A stretch of DNA of 12,906 nucleotides from Octopus sinensis. Taxonomy: Eukaryota. Below are positions 1-10,408 of the stretch, piece after piece. A program made the translations under genes and the position numbers. The stretch spans positions 1 to 12,906 of the forward strand of contig NW_021826397.1 in assembly GCF_006345805.1 (NCBI RefSeq). Reading direction: 5' to 3'. The first letter of the stretch is position 1. Each line of letters begins with the position of its first letter. Under the pieces are notes generated by a model. That model made no database searches, had not been told where the DNA came from, and worked only from the letters and a program-made list of their open reading frames with translations.

Positions 1-16
1 CCATTTGATAGATCTA

Positions 17-132
17 TCACAAGGCCCGAGGCTATAGCAGAAGACACTTTCCCAAGGTACCACACAGTGGGGCTGAACCCGGAACTATGTGGTAGAGAAG
101 CCAGCTCCTTACTACACAACCACGCCTGGGCC
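17..132 (-). mobile_element. Family A SINE 5' fragment
   Basis: CCCGAGGCTATAGCAGAAGACACTTTCCCAAGGTACCACACAGTGGGGCTGAACCCGGAAC matches ~8580-8680. Confidence 0.85.
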
Positions 133-133
133 A

Positions 134-760
<627 letters not shown>

Positions 761-776
761 GTTTGAACCAATGAAA

Positions 777-1012
777 GTAGAAGACGGCGAGCTGACAGAA
801 ACGTTAGCACGCTGGGCGAAATGCTTAGCAGTATTCGTCTGCCGTTACGTTGTGAGTTCAAATTCCGCCGAGGTCGACTTTGCCTTTCATCCTTTCGGGG
901 TCGATAAATTAAGTACCAGTTACGCACTGGGTCGATGTAATCGACTTCATACCCATGTCTGTCCTTGTTTGTCCCTTCTATGTTTAGCCCCTTGTGGGTA
1001 ATAAAGAAATGG
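777..1012 (+). mobile_element. SINE family M (MetaSINE-like core) with 20-bp TSD
   Basis: Head GGCGAGCTGACAGAAACGTTAGC, B box GAGTTCAAATTCC, core GTCGACTTTGCCTTTCATCCTTTCGGGGTCGATAAATTAAGTACCAG. TSD GGATGTTTGAACCAATGAAA at 757-776 and 1013-1032. Confidence 0.9.
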
Positions 1013-1261
1013 GGATGTTTGAACCAATGAAAAAAAACTTCAACATGGCAGCTAGATCTGCTAGAAACAGTAACTAAATCCGTAAATAATAATATTCAGA
1101 TTCTGTACCTGCTCTTGCCCCCTCCTCTGATAAGGTAACGGTGTAAAGTCTTTTGATTAGGAATTAGTAAATAGGTGTGAATTCAACATTTGTCCTCAAT
1201 CTCTTATCTGTTCATCTTTTCTCATATGTGATTTTCCATTTTAAATAAGAGATTGTAAAGG

Positions 1262-1665
<404 letters not shown>

Positions 1666-1844
1666 GTGGGGGTGCAAGAGCAGGTACAGAATTAATAGAC
1701 CTGGATATTGGGCATCTAAAAATGGTGGAAAACTTTTGAAATCTGCTTGTGTCACCTTGAAGTGTTGGTGTTCTTTATCACGTGTCAAGTGATCTGTACA
1801 GAAGCATGAACATGGCAGACATGTAATGTCACCGACCACATTGA

Positions 1845-2326
1845 CGCACACACATACACACGCACACTCACTCATATATACGTGTATATATCTACGTACG
1901 TACGTACGTACGTACGTATGTATGTGTGTATGCGTGTATGTATGTATATGATTGTATATAAATATATATCTATATCTATAGACAGAAATATACATACATA
2001 CATACATACATACATACATACTTACACACACACACACACACAAATATCTATCTATATATATATGTATAGATTTGTATATATGTATTATGTATGTTTTATG
2101 TATGTATGTATGTATGTATGTATATATATATATATATGTATGTATACACACACACTCGCACACACATATATGTAGACACATATATATACATATATATTTA
2201 TATACATACATATAATATTTATATATACATACTTAAACTACACACACACACATACAGAAATACAAATACATACATACATACTACATACATACATACATAC
2301 AACATATACATATATATATACATATA

Positions 2327-2367
<41 letters not shown>

Positions 2368-2610
2368 TAATATATATACATTATATATATATATATATAT
2401 ATTTATATACAGCATGGTTAGTAGTACATAAAATGTATACGTACATAAACATAGATTACAGACATACATACCTAATACATGCATCATATACATACATACA
2501 TACATACATACATACATACATACATACATACATACATACATGCACACATACATACATATATGTATGTAGTATGTATGTATGTATGTATATGTATGTGTAA
2601 GTATCTATTG

Positions 2611-2692
<82 letters not shown>
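1845..2692. repeat. Compound (TA)/(TACA)/(TACG)/(CA) microsatellite
   Basis: Direct reading. Confidence 0.95.
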
Positions 2693-2694
<2 letters not shown>

Positions 2695-2882
2695 GTATTA
2701 AGAATGTATCTACGTATATATGTCCGCCGTGATTACGTTAAGGTTTACAAACGGGAGTGGAATTACGATGTGAAATAATTTATGTTTTTGTTGTATTATC
2801 TCATTAACGAGGAGCATATTAACTGTGGATGACAGACGGAGAGGCACGCACACAGACACACAGACAGATACATACACGGGCC

Positions 2883-2913
<31 letters not shown>

Positions 2914-3149
2914 CGATTGACATGTATAAGTCAGGTTTTACGGCATTCATTTTTGTTAATTTTAGTCATGAATGCAACGTCAACAGCAGCAACAACAACA
3001 ACACCAACAGCAGTAACAACAACAACACAGAAGAAAGGGTTTACTCCTTCCACTTTCTCTTTTTTAATTATCCCTTATTTTGCCTCTCTTCCTCCCTCTG
3101 TTACTCTTAGTCTCTCTTCTTACTTCTCTGTCTCTGTCTCTGTCTGTCT

Positions 3150-3809
3150 CTCTCTCTCTTCCATTTGTCTCCTAGTTTCTCTCTCTCTCTCTCTCTCTGT
3201 AACTCTTTCTCACTTTCTCTCTCCCTCTCCACATCCCTCTCGTCCCCACCTCTCCTCCATCTGTCTCGTCTCCATCTCTCTGTCTCTCTCTCTTCCATTT
3301 GTCTTCTACCCCCTCTCTCTCTTTGTAACTCTTTCTCTCTTCCTCTCCCTCTCTCCCTCTCTCTCGCTCTCCTTTTCCCTCCTCTCCACATCCCTCTCCC
3401 TTCCTCACGTCCCCACCTTTCCCCCATCTGTCTCATCTCCATCTCTCTGTCTGTCTCTCTCTCTCTCTCTTCCATTTGTCTTCTACCCCCTCTCTCTCTT
3501 TGTAACTCTTTCTCTCTTCCTCTCCCTCTCTCCCTCTCTCTCGCTCTCCTTTTCCCTCCTCTCCATGTCCCTCTCCCTCCCTCACGACCTCACCTCTCCT
3601 CCATTTGTCTCGTCTCCATCTCTCTGTCTCTGTCTCTCTCTCTCTTCCATTTGTCTTCTACTTTCTCTCTCTCTTTGTAACTCTTTCTCACTTTCTCTCT
3701 CCCTCTCACTCTCTCCCTCACCCTCTCTCTCGCTCTCCTTTTCTCCCCCTCTCCACATCCCTCTCCCTCCCTCTCGTCCCCACCTCTACCCCATCTATCT
3801 CGTCTCCAT
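3150..3809. repeat. Polypyrimidine higher-order minisatellite, 4 units of ~134-177 bp
   Basis: Anchor TCTTCCATTTGTC at 3157, 3291, 3468 and 3643, each followed by TGTAACTCTTTCTC. Confidence 0.85.
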
Positions 3810-3811
3810 AT

Positions 3812-4222
3812 GTGATTTGAAGGCGAATGGTGTTCTTCCATCAGGATAATGCTCGGCCACATACAGCGAGGATGACATTCCAAAGGCCGGAGCACTTTGA
3901 ATGGGAAACGATACCCGACCCATCAGATTCGCAGGACATTGCCCAATCTGATTATCATTTATTCCACAGTCTTCAAAATCATTTGGACGGAAAAAAAAAA
4001 GAATTCTATAGACGAGGTCAGAACAGAACTGGAAGAGTATTTTTCGTCACGGACAATTTAAGTTTGGAAAAGGGGCCTTGCAAATCTACCAGATAGATGA
4101 AAGACTATCGTAGTTAAAGAAGGAGAATATATTCTAGATTAAAAAAGAAGTTTGTTTATCTTAATTTTGATAAATACAAGAAGTATAAAAAGAAACCGTG
4201 TTACTTATGGGATGACCCAATA
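3812..4222 (+). mobile_element. 5'-truncated mariner transposon with right TIR and TA target site
   Basis: Transposase remnant followed by ...TTACTTATGGGATGACCCAA|TA (4201-4222), a mariner-type TTGGGT terminus. No left TIR in the window. Confidence 0.8.
3827..4142 (+). pseudogene. Mariner (D34D) transposase C-terminal fragment, inactivated
   Basis: HQDNARPH...SDSQDIAQSDYHLF: the second and third catalytic Asp are 34 residues apart and the YSPDLAPSD motif is degenerate. Frameshift in the A-run 3991-4000; the continuation reads NSIDEVRTELEEYFSSRTI*VWKRGLANLPDR*KTIVVKEGEYILD* with internal stops. Confidence 0.92.
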
Positions 4223-4709
4223 TATAAATATAGATATATACAAATGCATGTCTATATGTATGTATGTATGTATACACAAGTATACATGTATAGGTATATA
4301 TGTACGTGTATATATCTTAAACGATGTATATCATCCTGGGATATAAACATCTGCAAGAAAAGCGAAAAAACAAAACAAAACAAACAAAGCAAAAACAACA
4401 AAAGCAAAACAAAAACAAGTTCGGCACAATCTTTTCGCTGTTACCATGAGAAGTACTGTGAACCAGTGGCCGCTGGAAATCTGCAACCAATGAGAGCGTT
4501 GTTCAAAAAGGAACAAATAAATAAATAAATAATCCTTAGGCGCAGGAGTGGCTGTGTGGTAAAGTAGCTTGCTTACCAGCCACATGCTTCCGGGTCCAGT
4601 CCCACTGCGTGGCTTCTTGGGCAAGTGTCTTTTACTATAGCCTCGGGCCGACCAAAGCCTTGTGAGTAGATTTGGTAGACGGAAACCCGTTGTATATATG
4701 TATATATAT

Positions 4710-4945
4710 ATACTAAGCAATAAAGGGTTTAGCAACGAATTGCCTTACCACATACCGAATTTAGAAATAGCAGTCAAAGGGTTATAGCTATTTCTTCTAC
4801 TAAAAAGGGAGATCTCAGTAAAAACAGCAATTTTTACTGAGATCTCCCTTTTTAGTAGAAGAAATAGCTATAACCCTTTGACTGCTATTTCTAAATTCGG
4901 TATGTGGTAAGGCAATTCGTTGCTAAACCCTTTATTGCTTAGTAT
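4710..4945. repeat. Perfect palindrome: 115-bp arms (4710-4824, 4831-4945) with a 6-nt loop CAGCAA
   Basis: Checked by eye in 10-nt blocks with no mismatches. Followed by ~95 bp of unique sequence and then (TA)n; the whole insert sits in the TA tract of a SINE. Confidence 0.95.
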
Positions 4946-5059
4946 TACTTAAATTTTCCTCGAATGAGGCTTTTACATGCCGAAGACTACTTGGTGTAAT
5001 TGATAATTATTCCAAATTAATTAATTTCACCCTTCATTATTATGTATATATATATATAT

Positions 5060-5210
5060 ATTTCTTTATTGCCCACAAGGGGCTAAACATAGAGAGGACA
5101 AACAAGGACAGACAAAGGGATTAAGTCGATTACATCGACCCCAGTGCGAAACTGGTACTTTTATTTAACGACCCCGAAAGGATGAAAGGCAAAGTCGACC
5201 TCAGCGGAAT
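5060..5210 (-). mobile_element. 5'-truncated family M SINE inserted in a TA tract
   Basis: Reverse complement of the 3' two-thirds of 777-1012. Confidence 0.88.
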
Positions 5211-5481
5211 ATATGTATATATATATATGTATGTGTGTATGTATATATGTATGTGTGTGTATATGTTTGTGTGTATGTGTTTGTTCCCCCAACATCGCTT
5301 GACAACCGATGCTAGTGTGTTTACATCCCCGTAACTTAGTGATTCGGCAAAAGAGACCGACAGAATAAGTACTAGGTTTACAAAGAATAAGTCCTGGGGT
5401 CAATTTGCTCGACTAAAGGCGGTGCTCCAGCATGGCCAGAACTGTCTCCTCACACCTACTTTAGAATGTCATTGTAAAACT

Positions 5482-5928
5482 AAACAAGAGCACTCGGAGA
5501 GCACAAACCTCCGCCAAGGCAACTCCAGCGTTCTCTCAAAGATTAGCCGGAAATAAATTTTTAAATGAGAATATCTGAAATAAACTCGATTGCTCTCACA
5601 AACGAGAATACTAAAAATGAAGCCAAGTAGAAAAAAATATTCATTCAAAGATGGTGAGCTGGTAGAATTGTTAGCCCACCGGGCGAAATGCTTAGCGATA
5701 TTTCGTCTGCCGGAAAAATAATCCAGAAAAATAACCGGAAAAATAATCCAGAATCCTTGTCCAGTACCGGATCGATCCCCATATCTAATCAGTTCGTGTC
5801 AGTCACAAGGCCAAACATCCCTGAAAGTTTCATCCGAATCCGTCCTGTGGTTGTTGAGATATCTTGTCCACGGACAAACAAACAAACACGGCTGAAAACA
5901 ATATCTCCGCCTTAGCGAAGGCAATAAT
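5482..5928 (-). mobile_element. Non-autonomous DINE-1/HINE (Helentron-associated)-like element
   Basis: Subterminal inverted repeats CCTCCGCCAAG (5508-5518) / CTTAGCGAAGG (5911-5921, 2 mismatches), short hairpin GCACTCGGAGAGC near one end, and a (TTTG)n microsatellite followed by GATATCTCAACAACC...GGATTCGGATGAAACTTT near the other. Contains a family M SINE head fragment at ~5652-5711. Confidence 0.6.
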
Positions 5929-6016
5929 CACATCATCGCTATCTCGAAGCTTCAAGATAATACACGACTTATCGCAAACGGCATGTTTATTCATACAATG
6001 GGTATAAATAAACATG

Positions 6017-6404
6017 GTGGAGGTGCAATGGCCCAGTGGTTTGGGCAGCGGACTCGCGGTCGTAGGATCGCGGTTTCGATTCCCAGACCGGGCGTTGTGA
6101 GTGTTTATTGAGCGAAAACACCTAAAAGCTCCACGAGGCTCCGGCAGGGATGGTGGTGATCCTTGCTGTACTCTTTCACCACAACTTTCTCTCACTCTTA
6201 CTTCCTGTTTCTGTTGTACCTGTATTTCAAAGGGCCGGCCTTGTCACTTTCTGTGTCACGCTGAATATCCCCGAGAACTACGTTAAGGGTGCACGTGTCT
6301 GTGGAGTGCTCAGCCACTTACACGTTAATTTCACGAGCAGGCTGTTCCGTTGATCGGATCAACCGGAACCCTCGTCGTCGTAACCGACGGAGTGCTTCCA
6401 TTCC
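6017..6404 (+). mobile_element. Full-length tRNA-derived SINE (family C) with 13-bp TSD
   Basis: A box TGGCCCAGTGG 6029-6039, B box GGTTTCGATTCCC 6072-6084, TTCCA-repeat tail, TSD ATAAATAAACATG at 6004-6016 and 6405-6417; CpGs intact. Confidence 0.9.
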
Positions 6405-6509
6405 ATAAATAAACATGACATTTGACAGAGTAATTTGAATGCTACACGATTAAGATACAGCACTCCGTGGGATATCATCGATTTATTTGAATGAATATTA
6501 AAATCCTGT

Positions 6510-6650
6510 CTACTGGAAGCACAAGGCCTGAAATTTGAGGGAAGGGATTAAGTCGATTACATCGACCCCAGTGCGTAACTGGTACTTGTTTAATCGTACC
6601 CCGAAAGGAAAAAAAGGTAAAGTCGACCTCGACGTAATTTGAACTCAGAA
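6510..6650 (-). mobile_element. Family M SINE fragment (alternative tail)
   Basis: AAGTCGATTACATCGACCCCAGTGCGTAACTGGTAC...AAAGTCGACCTCG...TTTGAACTCAGAA. Confidence 0.85.
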
Positions 6651-6726
6651 AGTAGGAATTAATTTCGCAGAGAATGGAATTTTCATGCTTAGTTATGTTT
6701 TCCTTTTCTAAGTAAAAAGGTAATGT

Positions 6727-6936
6727 CCCTTTTTGATCATGTATAACCATGAGATTGTACCTAGAAAAGTTTCCCTTCGAGGCACAAGTCTGGGCTAGGT
6801 TGTTTATGGAAGACCAGCAGTTGCCCGTACACACCAGCCTCTCCTTTCCACAGCACTGATGTTATCCAAGGGAAAGACAAAGGCCGATACAGCTTCGTAC
6901 CAGTGATGTCGCAACTCATTTCAATAGTCGAGTGAA
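6727..6936 (-). mobile_element. Diverged 3' half of a family B SINE
   Basis: Reverse complement aligns by eye to ~7210-7423 (e.g. GGTTGTTTATGGAAGACCAGCAG, TGTTATCCAAGGGAAAG, GGCCGATACAGCTT). Confidence 0.85.
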
Positions 6937-6983
6937 TAACTTCTATTGTGATATACTACTGATAATTTCTATAGTGATATATT

Positions 6984-7539
6984 GGTTTCAAATTCTGGCA
7001 CAAGGTCAGAAATTTCAGGGAAGTGGGATAAGTCGATTAAGTCGACCTCAATGTTTAACTGGCACTTATTTTATCGACTCCTAAAGGATGAAAGCGCATG
7101 GCTCAGTGGTTATAGCGTCGAGCTTACGATCGTGAGGTTGTGAGTTCGAATCCCCACCGGGCTGCGTGTTGTGTTCTTGAGCAAGATGCTTTATTTCACG
7201 TTGCTCCAGTTCACTCAGCTGTAGAAATGAGTTGCGACGTCACAGGTGCCAAGCTGTATCGGCCCCTTTGCCTTTCCCTTGGATAACACTGGTGGCGCGG
7301 AGAGGGGAGGCTGGTATGCATGGACGACTGCTGGTCTTCCATAAACAACCTTGCCCGGACTTGTGCCTGGGAGGGTAACTTTCTAGGTGCAATCCCATGG
7401 TCTGTGTCGTGACCGAAGGAGGGTCTCAAAGGATGAAAGGTAAAGTCAACCTCGGCGGAATTTGAACCAACAGGTAAGTTCGAACGAAATGCTGCTAAGC
7501 ATTTTGTCCGGCGTGTTAACAATCCTGCCAGCTTGCCAC
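6984..7539 (-). mobile_element. Older family M SINE split by the family B insertion (pieces 6984-7094 and 7428-7539)
   Basis: Removing 7095-7439 restores TTTTATCGACTCCTAAAGGATGAAAGGTAAAGTCAACCTCGGCGGAATTTGAAC...GCTAAGCATTT...TGCCAGCTTGCC. Confidence 0.85.
7095..7427 (+). mobile_element. Full-length tRNA-derived SINE (family B) with 12-bp TSD, nested inside another SINE
   Basis: A box TGGCTCAGTGG, B box GAGTTCGAATCCC, central GTTGTGTTCTTGAGCAAG...TGCTCCAG...CAGCTGTAGAAATG (resembles conserved SINE core domains). TSD AAAGGATGAAAG at 7083-7094 and 7428-7439. Confidence 0.9.
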
Positions 7540-7609
7540 ATTTCTCTAGTGATATTTTAGAGAGGTTTAATATAATTTCCCGGTTATTTCCCCAACATCT
7601 GTCATAGTT

Positions 7610-7745
7610 TAACCTTGAGTAACCTTGAGCGGGCGCAGTTTCGTTCGGAAGTCGCAAAAAAGCGAGTGGTCACGTGGTTTTCTGTTTGCGGTTCACTAAT
7701 TGGCAAAAGCATAATTATTTCAGCCTTCCTGTGGCCGCCCCGCTT
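7610..7745. promoter_or_regulatory. Candidate promoter/enhancer island
   Basis: Unique CpG-rich block: (TAACCTTGAG)x2 7610-7629, MRE core TGCGCCC on the minus strand 7631-7637, ETS CGGAAGT 7646-7652, E-box CACGTG 7671-7676, reverse CCAAT 7699-7703, GC box CCGCCCC 7735-7741. Confidence 0.4.
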
Positions 7746-7920
7746 TTGCAAGCTAAGGCATAATCGCGGATTCAACGGGTTAATAGAGTCACCGAAACCT
7801 TAACTCCTTTTATGTTTTGAGAAATGAAAAAAACTAACGCCCTTGACCTTTACAACGCATTTGAGACTGATAAGGAATCGGAATAAGTCTTCAGTCCCAG
7901 AACGGCAACGAGTCCGCCGA

Positions 7921-8080
7921 TTGGTTTCCTCACAGTTTCTTTCCACTTAAATTTACTTATACGACTTTAATCAACATGACACTATGACCGAAGATACATG
8001 GTCCATATACTGTGCTTTGGGATAGAACCCAAAACCGCATACTTTCACAGCAAAGTGATAAACCACACAGCTATACTTGT
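7921..8080 (-). mobile_element. Highly decayed family A SINE head
   Basis: Residual CAGTTTC...GAAGATAC...TGGGATAGAACCC...ACCACACAGC colinear with ~8530-8680. Confidence 0.55.
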
Positions 8081-8125
8081 ATCCAATCTCTATTGGTTAT
8101 TCTTTAAAATGTCCGATAACTCTTC

Positions 8126-8179
8126 AAGGCGGTGGTGCTCCAGCATGGCCGCAATCCACTGACTGAAACAAGTCAAAGA
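8126..8179 (+). mobile_element. Family A SINE 3' tail fragment, inverted relative to 8246-8294
   Basis: 8131-8179 vs reverse complement of 8246-8294: 44/49 identical. Confidence 0.85.
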
Positions 8180-8236
8180 TATATATATATATATATATAT
8201 AATATATATATATATAAGAAAGAATATATTCTTTAG

Positions 8237-8462
8237 TTCTTTTATTCTTTTACTTGTTTCAGTCATTTGACTGCGGCCATGCTGGAGCACCGCCTTTTAG
8301 CCGAACAAATCGAACCAAAGTCTTATTCTTTGTAAGCCTAGTATCTTATTTTATCGGTGATTTTGTCGAACCGCTAAGTTACGGGGACGTAAACACACCA
8401 GTATCGGTTGTCAAGCGATGGTAGTGGGGACAAATATAGATACACAAACTTATACACACACA

Positions 8463-8523
<61 letters not shown>

Positions 8524-8686
8524 CGACGGGCTTCTTTCAGTTTCCGCCTACCAAATCCACTCACAAGGCTTTGGTCGACCCGAGGCTATAGAAGAAGACA
8601 CTTGCTCAAGGTACCATGCAGTGGGACTGAACCCAGAACTATGTGGCTGGGAAGCAGGCTTCTTACCGCACAGCCACACCTGCACC
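8237..8686 (-). mobile_element. Full-length family A SINE with internal (TA)/(TG) microsatellite and TAAAAGAA-repeat tail
   Basis: Minus strand: head GGTGCAGGTGTGGCTGTGCGGTAAG...GGTTCAGTCCC, CCTTGAGCAAGTGTCTTCT, internal (TG)n, 3' GGCGGTGCTCCAGCATGGCCGCAGTCAAATGACTGAAACAAGTAAAAGAATAAAAGAA. Confidence 0.9.
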
Positions 8687-8690
8687 TATA

Positions 8691-8868
8691 TTTGACTGCG
8701 ACCATGTTGGAGCACCACCTCAAAGGGTTTTAGTCGAAGAAGTCGACCCCAGGACATATTCTTTGTAACCCTAATACTTATTCTATCGGTGTCTTTTGCG
8801 GAACCGCTTGGTTATGGGGACGTAAACACACCACCATCGGTTGTCAAGCGATGATGGGGGCAAACATA

Positions 8869-8928
<60 letters not shown>

Positions 8929-9111
8929 CTTACACTCATATATATATACAAAGGGTTTCTTACAGTTTCCATCTACCAAATCCACTCACACGGCTTTAGT
9001 TGGCCCGAGACTATACTAGAAGACATTTGCCTAAGGTGCCACGCAGTGGGACTGAACACGGAACCGTGTGCTTGGGAAGCAAGCCTCTTACCACATACCC
9101 ACTCCTATGCC
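8691..9111 (-). mobile_element. Second, more diverged family A SINE directly in tandem
   Basis: Colinear with 8266-8686, including the internal (CA)n. Confidence 0.88.
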
Positions 9112-9115
9112 ACTC

Positions 9116-9586
<471 letters not shown>

Positions 9587-9626
9587 GAACAATATGAAAA
9601 GTTTAAAAAAGAAAGTGAGGGTGGAG

Positions 9627-9826
9627 GTCAGCAAGGTTTTGCGTTTGGTACCGCAGCTCGAATTTTGCACCCGTCTCTTTCCCATCAGAATTGCTGCGAT
9701 TAGTTTTGCTATCGTAACAGTCAGACGCGATAACGTATCTGAGGATTTTCAGTTTTGGATTTAACTTGTAAAGTATCACAATTTTTTTGACACGCATTTT
9801 TATACCATTGTATTGTTTATACATAC
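9627..9826. repeat. Unclassified dispersed repeat, copy 1
   Basis: 9627-9781 vs 12657-12811: 134/155 identical, ungapped; shared downstream TGTATTGTTTATACATAC. Confidence 0.9.
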
Positions 9827-10048
9827 GTACATATACTTACTTACACTCACACACATATATATTTGGGTGTACGTACACAGACATGCGCATATATATATTA
9901 TATAGAATATGTATTTGTTTAATTATATACGTAAATTTCTTATATATATATATAATAATATTAGGGATTATATCCAAACTTATAGGGAAAAATTAGATTT
10001 AGGATTAAATCAAATTTCACTGTTGTCTAATAATGGTTTTATCTCTAA

Positions 10049-10052
<4 letters not shown>

Positions 10053-10143
<91 letters not shown>
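10053..10143. repeat. Pure (TA)n tract, ~45 units
   Basis: Direct reading. Confidence 0.97.
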
Positions 10144-10144
<1 letters not shown>

Positions 10145-10243
10145 TTAATCATATCAAAGGGAAAGGGACATTAATTAAAATTTCCATTTCCAGTGGGCCT
10201 AACGTGTAAAAATTTAGTCCAAAGACTATGTATTAGTCATAAA

Positions 10244-10398
10244 ATACAGTGTACATTTAAACACATGAGGAATCCACATGAGGAATTTCGTTCCTGTCGA
10301 ATTTTATCCCTAATTTTGTGGTTATAGACCCTAGCTGTTCTTTCTAGCGTGTTGAATCCCACAAGTGGATTCCTAATGTGTTTAAATGTACACTGTAT
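10244..10398. repeat. 34-bp inverted repeat (10244-10277 / 10365-10398, 33/34 identical) within a (TA)n-embedded insert (10143-10398)
   Basis: ATACAGTGTACATTTAAACACATGAGGAATCCAC vs GTGGATTCCTAATGTGTTTAAATGTACACTGTAT; 87-bp spacer; 12-bp direct repeat CACATGAGGAAT at 10262 and 10275. Confidence 0.9.
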
Positions 10399-10408
10399 AT
10401 ATATATAT

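Larger units (their letters stand above)
4539..5438 (+). mobile_element. Family A SINE (head 4539-~4692, tail ~5211-5438) interrupted in its TA tract by two insertions
   Basis: Head GGCGCAGGAGTGGCTGTGTGGTAAAG... and tail ...CATCGCTTGACAACCGATGC...GGCGGTGCTCCAGCATGGCC both match the reverse complement of 8237-8686. Confidence 0.85.

Noticed and set aside
1701-1793. Possible 93-nt symmetric minus-strand exon (DHLTRDKEHQHFKVTQADFKSFPPFLDAQYP)
   Set aside because: The acceptor is plausible but the donor GTCTAT is weak, I recognise no homology, and the adjacent sequence is repeated at 1100-1118. Needs RNA-seq to revive.
2917-3849. 310-aa hydrophobic Ser/Leu ORF
   Set aside because: Product of the CT-rich minisatellite; no real domain.
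4410-4500. Unique block with AACCAATGAG CCAAT box
   Set aside because: A single motif is insufficient to call a promoter.
6017-6090. tRNA-like sequences here and at 7095-7160 as tRNA genes
   Set aside because: They lack proper acceptor stems, continue into SINE bodies and are flanked by TSDs.
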